From contig NW_003314304.1 in assembly GCF_000143415.4 (NCBI RefSeq), positions 1,478,841 to 1,542,840 on the forward strand: a DNA stretch of 64,000 nt. Reading direction: 5' to 3'. Source of the DNA: Selaginella moellendorffii (Eukaryota > Plantae > Lycopodiophyta). Both the position numbers and the translations under genes were made by a program. This document shows, piece after piece, positions 1 to 9,553 of this stretch (the stretch's first letter is position 1; each line of letters begins with the position of its first letter). Under the pieces are notes generated by a model. The model saw only the letters and a list, made by a program, of their open reading frames with translations, had not been told where the DNA came from and ran no database searches.

Positions 1-292
1 AGAACGAACACCTCAACAATGTTGGCAGATACAGGGCAGTGAGAGCGGTGCCATTGCCCTTCAAACAAATGGATGACACTTTAGCTTAAAACATGCTAAC
101 ACAATTTTAGTTAGTCAACACCTTGTTGAAAACCAAAAAATAATAAACTCCTTTCTTTTAAAAACATTATATATACATTGTTTTTATTTTTGGTTGCTAG
201 TATGATGATTTAATTAGAATATACTTGAGTACATGCTTTGATTATTATTCATTCAAAAAAACTTTCTGATATTTATTTATGCATACTAGTAC

Positions 293-465
293 TGTGAGTG
301 CCTGGAATATGGAAAGGGAATACAGAAATGTGCATATCAATTAGCCCAAAAACCCTAGCTTATATACAGGAGCAGTGGTCCCGATTGAAACCAATCCGAC
401 GGCTACCAAAATCCACTACGCTAATATTAGTATACGGCATCGTAGCCATACACTTGGCCCTCACA
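293..465 (-). repeat. 3' LTR (173 bp)
   Basis: TGTGAG...CTCACA, near-identical to 5107-5275 (about 6 substitutions, 2 small indels). Confidence 0.95.
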
Positions 466-480
466 TCATCCCCTCCTCTC
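466..480 (-). other. Polypurine tract
   Basis: Minus strand GAGAGGAGGGGATGA directly abuts the 3' LTR. Confidence 0.85.
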
Positions 481-497
481 GGAATAATGGAAGGCCG

Positions 498-3400
498 TCA
501 GGGTTCTCTTGTAGATGGGCCGGGATCTGGAGGAACGTCAGGAGGAGGCATCGGCGGATCTGTAGACGGTATTAACTGCTCCTGATCCCTTTGTATGAAG
601 CGTTTTAACCGCTGCACATGCACAATCTCCGGAGGATCGGCCTGCTGAATGTCATGCCGAACCTCATAAACTTGCGGTCCAACTTGCCGCAACACCCGAT
701 ACGGTCCTTTCCACTGCGCAAGGAGCCCCTTAGACAAACCACGTACTGTAAGATGGGGAAAACGGACTAACACCAAATCATCCACTTTGTACTCCGCAGG
801 TGGACGATGATAGGAGTTGTAGCGCCGTTGTTGTCCCACTTGTATGCGGCCTAAGTGTTCGGCAGACTCTGCTCGGACAAGTGGAAGAATGCTTGTCAAA
901 TACTGATCCCATGACCTAACATCAGGAGCTCGTGGCAATCGCGAAGGTAAACCCAGCTTTGTTGGTAATATTGGATCATGACCATATAGAAGTTTATATG
1001 GTGAAGCACCAACAGAACTTTGCACCCCTGTGACATAGGCATACCGAAGAGATGGCAAATAACCATCCCAATCCGAATGCTGAAAGTTCACATACTTCGC
1101 AATCATCCCTTTGAATGTCCGAACGAGCCGTTCCACCAGACCGTCTGATTGTGGATGATAAGCACTTGTAAAAGTGTGGCGTATCCCCAACCGAGATGTC
1201 AAAACATGAAATACCTCAGCCATAAATGCAGGACCATTATCCGAAAGAATCCGCTCTGGACAAGAATGCTGGAACACCACTCGATTGAGGAGGAAGTATC
1301 CAACAGCAGTTGCAAAGGCGCTAGCAAGAGCACCAACTTCCACCCAACGAGTCAAGTAGTCAGAAGCAATAATAACATACTCATTGCCAGTAGTCGATCG
1401 TGGAAAAGGTCCCATAAGATCAAACGCCACCAACTCAAACGGACGGGAAACTGCAAATGACTCCAACCGTCCTTCTGCAGCACAAGGGGGAGTATTACGA
1501 GCTTGGCACCAAACGCAGCTACGCACATACCAGATAATATCACGTCGCATCTCCGGCCAATAGAAAGACCTGCGCAGCTTCTCGGTGACACGACGGTGTC
1601 CCATATGCCCACCTAGAACAGGAGAATCATGGTAGGCATGGAGAAACCGCGGAATAAACACCGAAGGCACCACCAACCGTAAATGATCATCAGGATCCGT
1701 CCCCACAAAATAAAGAAGGCCATCTTCAAGGCGATATTGAGAATGTAAATGCCGGAAAGGCAAGTCATCAGCAAGTGATGCAGGATTCTCAAACCCATCT
1801 CGAAGCCTTCGAATCCACGGCTCAATCTTTTGAGCCTCATGAACCTCATCAAGAGAAGGTAGATCTTGCTCTGCGCCCTGTGGACACTGAACGTCAAGGA
1901 CAGCAACCGCCGACGGTACAGAATCCTCATCTAGAAAATCCACAGATGCTGGAACAACAGGTTCGTCAGAAACATGAGAAGTGAGTGGAGAAGGAAGAGG
2001 AGCTCGAGAAAGGGCATCAGCATCAGCCATAGAACTCCCTGGGCGATGAACAACATCGAAATCATATATTTGAAGCTTCAAAGCCCATCGAGCCGTACGA
2101 CCAACCAGGTTCTTCCGCTTCAATAATGAAGTAACAGCAGCATGGTCACCTTCAAGTAATGTCCGAGAACCATGTAGATATGCATGAAGTTTCTCGAAAC
2201 CCCAGACTGCTGCTAAACACTCCTTCTCCGTCGTGGAGTAGTTCATCTCCGCTGGTTGTAATGTACGGCTTATGTATGCAATAGGATGGCGCTGACCAGG
2301 CACACTCGAGCTCTTTTGCATCAACACACCTCCAAGACCAATGTCAGAAGCATCCACGCGCAAAATAAAAGGTCGAGTGTAGTCAGGATATGCCAAAACC
2401 GGAGGAGTCATCAATAGCTCTTTGAGATCCACGAACGCCCGCTCACAATCCGAAGACCAGATGAAAGATGACGTTGATGACTTCAGCAACGCTCGCAATG
2501 GTGTAGTGCAATTGGAAAGATGATCCACAAAACGACTGAGATACTGCACCTTACCCAAAAAGCGCTGCACATCATTCACACATTTCGGAGTAGGGAACTT
2601 TAAAACAGCCACAAGTTTGTTAGGATCAACTTGCAAACCCTCACGAGAAACACGGTACCCAAGATAAGTTGTGTCCTTGGACCCAAACACGCACTTTGAC
2701 CGCTTCAGCTTTAAACCAACATCACGTAGCCGATCCAACACTTTACAAACATCACGAACGTGCTCCTCCCACGTCCCCTCCGAGTGGATCAAGACATCAT
2801 CAATGAAGTCAGCAGTCACTTCCGGCATATCGCAAAGAACCTCGTCCATCATCCGCTGGAAAGTTGCGGGAGCATTGTTCAAACCAAACGGCATCACCAA
2901 GAACTCGTACAAACCAAATGATGTACGAAAAGCAGTCTTAGGAATATCTTCTTCGGCCATCGGTACTTGCCAATACCCAGAAGCAAGATCTAGCTTGGTG
3001 AACCAACGACTTCGCCCCAGACGATCTAAGAGATCAGCAGTGTGAGGAAGAGGATACACATCTGGGATCGTCACTTCGTTTAACGGGCGATAGTCGATGT
3101 AGAAACGAATACTCCCATTAGGCTTCATCACAAGATGAGGTTCACATGCCCAAGGACTCCGTGACTTCCGAATAACACCCTTCTCCAGCATTTCCTTGAC
3201 GTTGGCTCGTAAAATCTTGATCTCCTTAGGTGACCGACGACGAACAGAAACCTTGATTGGACGAGCATCCCCGGTTGGAATCGGATGACATGTGGCAATC
3301 TTGGCCCCAGACAATAGGTCAAATTCAAAGAGATCAGAATACTCCTTCATGAGCCGGTCAACTGCTGCAACACAAAGATCGTCGGAGGGATCGGAAAAGG

Positions 3401-3962
3401 GAAAAGCAGAACAAGATGGAAACACAGAAGGAAAGAGTGGGGGAACAAAAGTAATGGAAGCAGAGGTAGAAATAGAGGGACAAAGAGGTATGGAAGTGAG
3501 AGGAATGGATGAAACATAAGGAAGTATGAGACAAGGGGGAGAAGCCTCAAAGTCACACTTGGCATGATTGCGCTGCAACCAATCCATACCAAGAATGAGG
3601 TCAAAAGCTTGACTCGGCACCACCCGCAACGACTGCAACTCAAGCTCGAGATCGCCCACACGCACAACCAGGTCCACCTTGTCCCGTGCACATGCATGTG
3701 TACGGCCGTTGCCATAAAGAATGAAAACTGGTTCCGCCGCACGACGCAAGTGTAGACGACAACGTGTGGTAACAGGTCGAGCAATAGAAGATAAACTCGA
3801 ACCTGTATCAACCAACACGGAGAGAATAATAGGAGACCTCTTGTTATAAAAACGAGCTTGGAAAGTAAACATGGGATGAACCGGTGCCGAGTGAACCCCT
3901 TGATGATACTCCCGAAAGAAAGATGGAGGGGTCACTGATTTATTCGCGTAAGGTCCCTCCAT
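498..3962 (-). CDS. pol: Pol polyprotein (protease, RT, RNase H, integrase)
   Basis: LVDTGS protease; LDLASGYWQ, MPFGL and FIDD RT motifs; DAS RNase H; H-H-CxxC and D-D-E (SDNG) integrase; WKGPY GPY/F motif. Confidence 0.96.
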   Translation of the reverse strand: MEGPYANKSVTPPSFFREYHQGVHSAPVHPMFTFQARFYNKRSPIILSVLVDTGSSLSSIARPVTTRCRLHLRRAAEPVFILYGNGRTHACARDKVDLVVRVGDLELELQSLRVVPSQAFDLILGMDWLQRNHAKCDFEASPPCLILPYVSSIPLTSIPLCPSISTSASITFVPPLFPSVFPSCSAFPFSDPSDDLCVAAVDRLMKEYSDLFEFDLLSGAKIATCHPIPTGDARPIKVSVRRRSPKEIKILRANVKEMLEKGVIRKSRSPWACEPHLVMKPNGSIRFYIDYRPLNEVTIPDVYPLPHTADLLDRLGRSRWFTKLDLASGYWQVPMAEEDIPKTAFRTSFGLYEFLVMPFGLNNAPATFQRMMDEVLCDMPEVTADFIDDVLIHSEGTWEEHVRDVCKVLDRLRDVGLKLKRSKCVFGSKDTTYLGYRVSREGLQVDPNKLVAVLKFPTPKCVNDVQRFLGKVQYLSRFVDHLSNCTTPLRALLKSSTSSFIWSSDCERAFVDLKELLMTPPVLAYPDYTRPFILRVDASDIGLGGVLMQKSSSVPGQRHPIAYISRTLQPAEMNYSTTEKECLAAVWGFEKLHAYLHGSRTLLEGDHAAVTSLLKRKNLVGRTARWALKLQIYDFDVVHRPGSSMADADALSRAPLPSPLTSHVSDEPVVPASVDFLDEDSVPSAVAVLDVQCPQGAEQDLPSLDEVHEAQKIEPWIRRLRDGFENPASLADDLPFRHLHSQYRLEDGLLYFVGTDPDDHLRLVVPSVFIPRFLHAYHDSPVLGGHMGHRRVTEKLRRSFYWPEMRRDIIWYVRSCVWCQARNTPPCAAEGRLESFAVSRPFELVAFDLMGPFPRSTTGNEYVIIASDYLTRWVEVGALASAFATAVGYFLLNRVVFQHSCPERILSDNGPAFMAEVFHVLTSRLGIRHTFTSAYHPQSDGLVERLVRTFKGMIAKYVNFQHSDWDGYLPSLRYAYVTGVQSSVGASPYKLLYGHDPILPTKLGLPSRLPRAPDVRSWDQYLTSILPLVRAESAEHLGRIQVGQQRRYNSYHRPPAEYKVDDLVLVRFPHLTVRGLSKGLLAQWKGPYRVLRQVGPQVYEVRHDIQQADPPEIVHVQRLKRFIQRDQEQLIPSTDPPMPPPDVPPDPGPSTREP

Positions 3963-4894
3963 TACTCACGCGACTCCTCGTTTCCCGGATGCATCTCGGT
4001 GTCCAGACCTTCCACTGCAGCAGCACCCACGGGACGTTGCTGACGCCAAGGTCTCCACCCAGGAAATGGAGGTCGCCAATCCGGAAAACGACGGCAACGC
4101 CGATAAGTATGACCAACTTCATCACACGCCCAGCAGCGAACATCACGGCCACGACCACGTCCTCGCGCTTGTCCTTGGACTCGAGCAGCAGCAGCATCAA
4201 CCTCCATTAGAACAGGACCATCACCCATAGGAAGGGGAGCGGAAGGACGTGCAGCGAGAAGTGGAAGAGGCGACGTCTCATAACGTTGTGCCAAGCGAAG
4301 AGCATCGTCAAGGGTGGCAGGAGCAAGTGCATGCACAAGTCCGACAAGATCTTGACGAAGTGCTGGCCACAACATTCCTAGCTTGATCCGCTCCGACATA
4401 TTTGGCTCCGCACGAAGCAAAAGACTTCGGAAACAAACGCCAAATTGCATCACCGACTCAGATGGCCCTTGGCGAAGACGATGCAATTGTTGGAAAGCAT
4501 CATCACAATCATCAGCATGGCCGAAGGCGCGTTTGAAGACGTCCGGGAGAACACTCCAATCCCCACGAGTGGCTGCGCTCAAACCATTGTACCACTGCAA
4601 TGCCGTCCCTTGGAGACACGTGGGAAACTCACGCAAACGTCGAGCATCATCCCAAGAATGATATGTGGCAATCACCGTGAAGTGATCAAACCAATGGTAC
4701 ACATCATCCCCAGGATTCCCGCGAAAGAACTCCGGCCGAACGCGAGGATTAGCACCAAGAGCAAGAGGAGTTGTACCACGTGCCGTGAACGCCGCCATCA
4801 ACTGAGTTTGGTTGTTCAATTGCAAGCGCATAGCATCAAGCAATTGTACCAACTGCTGCTCTAGAGTCAAAGGAGGAGATTGCGGATCTGCCAT
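3962..4894 (-). CDS. gag: Gag with CCHC zinc knuckle
   Basis: Retrotrans_gag-like LQGTALQWY and LRQGPSESV; PVLMEVD; CWACDEVGHTYRRC (CX2CX4HX4C). Confidence 0.93.
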   Translation of the reverse strand: MADPQSPPLTLEQQLVQLLDAMRLQLNNQTQLMAAFTARGTTPLALGANPRVRPEFFRGNPGDDVYHWFDHFTVIATYHSWDDARRLREFPTCLQGTALQWYNGLSAATRGDWSVLPDVFKRAFGHADDCDDAFQQLHRLRQGPSESVMQFGVCFRSLLLRAEPNMSERIKLGMLWPALRQDLVGLVHALAPATLDDALRLAQRYETSPLPLLAARPSAPLPMGDGPVLMEVDAAAARVQGQARGRGRGRDVRCWACDEVGHTYRRCRRFPDWRPPFPGWRPWRQQRPVGAAAVEGLDTEMHPGNEESRE

Positions 4895-5089
4895 GAAGAT
4901 GAGCGAAAAAGAAAGAGCAAAAGAAGAGAGATGACAAAAAGCTAGAAGGAAATGGTAGATCTAGACAACGCAAAAAGCTAGATCTAAACCAAAAGAAAGG
5001 AAATGGAAAAAGCTAGATCTAGACGATGCAAAAGCTAGATCTAAACCAAAATCCCAAATCTAAGCACTCCTCAGGGACAATCAAAGTTG

Positions 5090-5105
5090 CCCCTCATCTC
5101 CACCA
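5090..5105 (-). other. Primer binding site complementary to tRNA-Ala 3' end
   Basis: Minus strand TGGTGGAGATGAGGGG, 1 nt after the 5' LTR; plant tRNA-Ala ends CCCCGCATCTCCACCA (one mismatch). Confidence 0.8.
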
Positions 5106-5106
5106 A

Positions 5107-5275
5107 TGTGAGTGCTTGGTATATGGAAAGGGAATACAGAAATGTGCATATCAATTAGCCCAAAAACCCTAGCTTATATACAGGAGCGAGTGGTCCGGAT
5201 TGAAACCAATCCGACGGCTACCAAAATCCACTACGCTAATATTACGGTATTGTAGCCGTACACTTGGCCCTCACA
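5107..5275 (-). repeat. 5' LTR (169 bp)
   Basis: Matches 293-465. Confidence 0.95.
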
Positions 5276-6265
5276 GTACATATTTTGCAATTACCAATTC
5301 TTTAAAAGAAAAAAAATATTAGCTATATTTTTAAAACTAATTATAATTATTGTGTCAAAGAACTAATAGCAATAAATATTAGTTAATATGATTTGGATGA
5401 AAATACCATTGTAATAAAGTTTTCAGACATTTTATTTTAATGCCATTTATTCAGACAAATTTAAATATATAATTATATTTGTCATGAGCTTATTACTTTT
5501 TGTACAATTTGTAGATATTTAAAATTTTTAAAAGAAAAAATTTAATTAACAAAATTTTAACAAATAATAAATTTATAAAATAATTTGCTGCACATTCCAT
5601 ACAGTAATTCTTGGTTTGCTTAATAGTAATGTTATTCCTATTTATTAATCCAATTGATCATGGATGTTTATAATTTATAAACATAAGATTAATTTTATTG
5701 CATTAAATGGCAGAATAAACTAGAATATACTAAGAAGTGTTTAGGAAAACTTATACATTATAAACATGTTTATAAATATTAATACGAAATTAATCTATAT
5801 AAATAACAACTGTTAGATGGTAAAATATCCCAAAATATTCAAGCATATTTTAGGTATATACAAATTATTTTTTATATAAAATAATAATAATAGAAATTAT
5901 GTAATGTTAGGAAAAGTGTTTAACATTATTTAAGAAACAAGCACAAATGGATACACCAGAGGAATGAATGAATGATTTCACTGCAAACCAAACAATTGGT
6001 TGCTAAGCATAACAATATATATGGTACTTCCTAGAGTAATGGCGCACAAACTAGCCTCTCGAGGAAAAGTTTCGTGACAAGATTTAACTTCCGTACGTGG
6101 AGATTCACAAATCTCAATCAGTCACACCACACGTATACGAGGCTCCCGGTGCCTCGGCGTTGGGAAAAACGGCTTAAATTTACTGACACATTCACTCGAT
6201 CGAACGAAGCAAGCAACGGACGGACCGAGCAAAGAAGAAGATAGAAAAGAGAGAAACAAGGAAAA

Positions 6266-6851
6266 ATGTCAGTTGCCGCTAGGATCTTGGATTCCACCGC
6301 TGAAGATATCTACGCCAGCAGCAAGATGAAGAAATCTGAGGTAGAGTTGTGGAAATCAATCGTTTTCTAGATCTCAAAGCACTGAGCAATCGATTCTCCA
6401 GAGTGTCGTGCTCAAGGTCCAGATCAACTGTAACTGCTGTGCTCGCAAGGTGAAAAAGGCGATCGGTCAAGTGGAAGGTAACCAAGCAAAGCTTCCATTT
6501 TTGTCTTCCTTTGTGTGGATCGCCCACCCATTGATCAAACTCTCCAATGCACCAGGAGTGGAATCCATCACTGTGGATCTCACACAAAAGAAGGTGACGG
6601 TCACTGGCAGCTTCGACTCGAACAAAGTCGTCAAGCAAATCGCCAAAAAGACTGGCAAGAACGTCGAGCTGGCCGGTGCCAAAGACAGTAGCGGCGCCGC
6701 CAGAGGGTCGGATCACAAGGCGGTGGGCGGCGGCGGCAACAAGGTGAAATCTTCTGGCCAGCAAGAACAGCGCGAAAGTGCTACGACATTTCCAGTCGGG
6801 GATTCCTTCTTCTTCAGTGATGACAATCCAAATGGTTGCTCTATCATGTGA
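6266..6851 (+). CDS. Heavy-metal-associated isoprenylated plant protein (HIPP), 3 exons
   Basis: ATG 6266, GT-AG introns near 6341-6401 and 6478-6556; VLKVQINCNCCARKV HMA motif; C-terminal FSDDNPNGCSIM CaaX. Confidence 0.9.
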
Positions 6852-7036
6852 ATGTTGAGGTGTTCCTAAAGTTCCTCAAGGTTAATCCTTTGTGAAACTA
6901 CCATATCCGGAATCAATAGTTTGTCAAAAATATGACATTGAAGATGAAAGGACGCTTACAAACGCTAGAAGAAAGTCCTGCAAAAGAATCAAGCTCTTGC
7001 AAGATCTCGCAAATCACAAGTAAATATAAAAGGTGG

Positions 7037-7109
7037 TTCCGTTGCCGGGAATTGAACCCGGGTCTCTCGGGTGAGAGCCGAGTATCCTGACCGACTAGAC
7101 TACAACGGA
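7037..7109 (-). tRNA. tRNA-Glu(CTC)
   Basis: TCCGTTGTAGTCTAGTCGGTCAGGATACTCGGCTCTCACCCGAGAGACCCGGGTTCAATTCCCGGCAACGGAA folds as a cloverleaf with CTC anticodon; TTTT follows. Confidence 0.96.
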
Positions 7110-7714
7110 ATCTCGTTAGATTTTTCTCTGGTTGGATTAATAATATAGAGTTTCCCATAATCTGTTGACCAGATTTGAAATCTTTGACTGGATGGACTGA
7201 AACGAGTAAGAGAACAAAGCTAGTAGTTGACCAACCCTGACAATCTTCGCGGTCCACGATTCGAAGTCAATAATGGATATGTGTCGCACTACCAGTCAGC
7301 GCTGGTCCTCGTTTTAGAATGAACCAAAAAACGGGTTTGGGTATACGTTGATTCGGCATTGATATGGAAAAGATGGCGGGCATTGAATTCTCCTTCTTTC
7401 TTGGTGATTATTAAGGAGGAGCTGTGAAGCAATCGCTGGCTATGGAGGACATCTGGCTCGCGCTAATAAAATCCCTCCCCAAGAGAAGTGAAATATCAGA
7501 AAAAGAGAGATGTCCACCATAGCCGGCATGAATGACACTCTATGAATCTCAAACCCACAAACCAATCAAATTTTCTCAAATCCTAAAACCATGGCCCTGG
7601 AAGAACTTGGAAGAACTCTCGCAGGAAGTTGGAACGAATCAATGCAACCCGTTTGATATACCGTCGTCGAAACGAACATCCCATGCATCGTGTTCTTGGA
7701 TCCACGATCCGTGC

Positions 7715-9553
7715 CTAATGGTGGTGGACGCCATTGGTTCCGTTGGACACGATCACCCCATTCTCCCTGGCTGGATGATCACGATGATTCTCTCCGGCCG
7801 CGGAGGATGGATGATCCGGGGCTGGAGCTCTATAATCGCTCGTCACGAGCGATCCATCCTTGGCATACGCTTGACCCGTACTGGTATCCACGATCAATCC
7901 ATCCACTGTCTGGAAGTAGAGCTTCTCCCGGCGCGGGATATCTTCCATGTCAGTTGGAACTTCCAGTGGATACTCATCGATGCAATCCAGCCAGGGATTC
8001 ATCGACTTGGGTCGATCGATATCGCGGATCGCTCGCCACACGGCGCTGTTACACTTGAATCCCGATCCAACCCCGAGCTGCCACAGGCGATCGCCATACC
8101 TCACCCTCCCCTTGGCCTCGAGATACGCGAGCTCGTACCACACGCAGCTGCTCGAGGTGTTCCCGAATCGATGGAGCGTCATCCGGCACGCCTCCATCTT
8201 CTCCTCACCCAGCCGCAAGCTCTTCTCGAGCTCGTCCACCACCGCGCGGCCGCCGGCGTGGAGCAGGAAGTGATCGAAGGCGAGCTTGAAGTCCGGGATG
8301 TATGGCTTGCGATCGAGCTTGAAGACGCTGCGCGCGATCACGTTGGCCGCGAAGTGGAGCTGCTCGCCGATTGGAAGAACGAGCGGGCCGAGCTTGGTGA
8401 GATTCTTCTTGAGCGCGTCGGCGGCGGCGACCATGATGTGCTTGGTGAGCGTGATCCCAAGAACGCCATCGCTGTCGGCCTCCTGGGTGATGCATCCGTA
8501 CGCCTTGTCGTCGCCGCCGTTGTGGATGCGTACGGTATGAAGGAGCTCGTACTTGCCAGCGGCGGCGCCGCCGGGGGAGTGGCAGGGGTGGTTGCTCAGG
8601 AGGATGGCGGCGCCGCCGACGCGGAAGAGACAGTTCGTGACGAGCATGGGGCGATTGTTGCCCAGGTAGAGGTTGTGGGTGATGTTCTCGGTGCTCACCA
8701 CCAGCGCGTACGTGTTTGGATGCATCCCCAGGAGATCCTTGGCGAGGTCGATCGCTATGATGCCAGCACTGCAGCCCATCCCGCCCAGGTTGAAGCTCCG
8801 GATGTCGGTACCCATCTTGTAGTGATTGACGATCATCGAGGAGAGGCTGGGAGTGGGATTGAAGCAGCTGCTGTTGACGACCAGGATGCCAATGTCCTTG
8901 GATTTGATTCCGGTTTTGGCCAGGAGCTCGTCCACCGCACCGAAGATGACGAGCTCCGCCTCGGCGCGGGCTTGCTTCCAGCTAAGATCCGCGTTGGGGT
9001 GGTGGAACATCGCGGGCGGCGCGTAAGTCTCGTCGCCCACTCCGGATTTGAGATAGACCTTCTTGAAGAATTCCATGGTTTTCTCGGTGTAGACGCCCAG
9101 CCGCTTGGCGAACCATTCCGAGAGCTCCGCCGAGCACTTGAGCTTGTCGTCGGGCTTGTAGCACGCGAAGTCGACGATGTAGACGCCGGTTCTCTTCTTC
9201 TTGCGCGTCACCAGGAGCCACAGCGCCGCGATCCATCCGAGCGAGAAAATGGTGGCGACGGAGGTGATTCCCAGGAGCTTGGAGCTCTTGACCGCGGCCT
9301 GGATGGAGAGGAGGTCGTGGGCGATTGCGTCGCGGTGGTGGGCGATGGTGGAGAGATCCAGGTGGCCTGAGGCGATGGCGGAGACGAGGAGGAGGAGCGT
9401 GGCTTGCGCCGCCGCGTGGAGTGTGAAGACATAGCGGGAGAGGAAGAGAGAGATGGATCTGTGGAGAGGTGGTGGTGGCGATGGTGATGCTGTTCTTCTC
9501 TTTGCTGGCACTGCTGCTGCTGGGTCATCACTGAAAGTTCCTCCGGATCCCAT
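7715..9553 (-). CDS. KCS: 3-ketoacyl-CoA synthase (FAE1/CUT1 family), intronless CDS
   Basis: YIVDFACYKP, FNPTPSLS, NLGGMGCSAG, HAGGRAV, FGNTSSS, GSGFKCNSAVW; first ATG at 9553. Confidence 0.95.
   Translation of the reverse strand: MGSGGTFSDDPAAAVPAKRRTASPSPPPPLHRSISLFLSRYVFTLHAAAQATLLLLVSAIASGHLDLSTIAHHRDAIAHDLLSIQAAVKSSKLLGITSVATIFSLGWIAALWLLVTRKKKRTGVYIVDFACYKPDDKLKCSAELSEWFAKRLGVYTEKTMEFFKKVYLKSGVGDETYAPPAMFHHPNADLSWKQARAEAELVIFGAVDELLAKTGIKSKDIGILVVNSSCFNPTPSLSSMIVNHYKMGTDIRSFNLGGMGCSAGIIAIDLAKDLLGMHPNTYALVVSTENITHNLYLGNNRPMLVTNCLFRVGGAAILLSNHPCHSPGGAAAGKYELLHTVRIHNGGDDKAYGCITQEADSDGVLGITLTKHIMVAAADALKKNLTKLGPLVLPIGEQLHFAANVIARSVFKLDRKPYIPDFKLAFDHFLLHAGGRAVVDELEKSLRLGEEKMEACRMTLHRFGNTSSSCVWYELAYLEAKGRVRYGDRLWQLGVGSGFKCNSAVWRAIRDIDRPKSMNPWLDCIDEYPLEVPTDMEDIPRREKLYFQTVDGLIVDTSTGQAYAKDGSLVTSDYRAPAPDHPSSAAGENHRDHPARENGVIVSNGTNGVHHH

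Larger units (their letters stand above)
293..5275 (-). mobile_element. Full-length Ty3/Gypsy LTR retrotransposon (non-chromovirus, no chromodomain seen)
   Basis: Direct TG...CA repeats at 293-465 and 5107-5275; GTAC on both flanks (289-292, 5276-5279); PBS and PPT present; gag then PR-RT-RH-INT domain order. Confidence 0.97.

Noticed and set aside
7532-9370. 612-aa ORF antisense to KCS
   Set aside because: Shadow of GC3-rich codon usage on the opposite strand; no motifs
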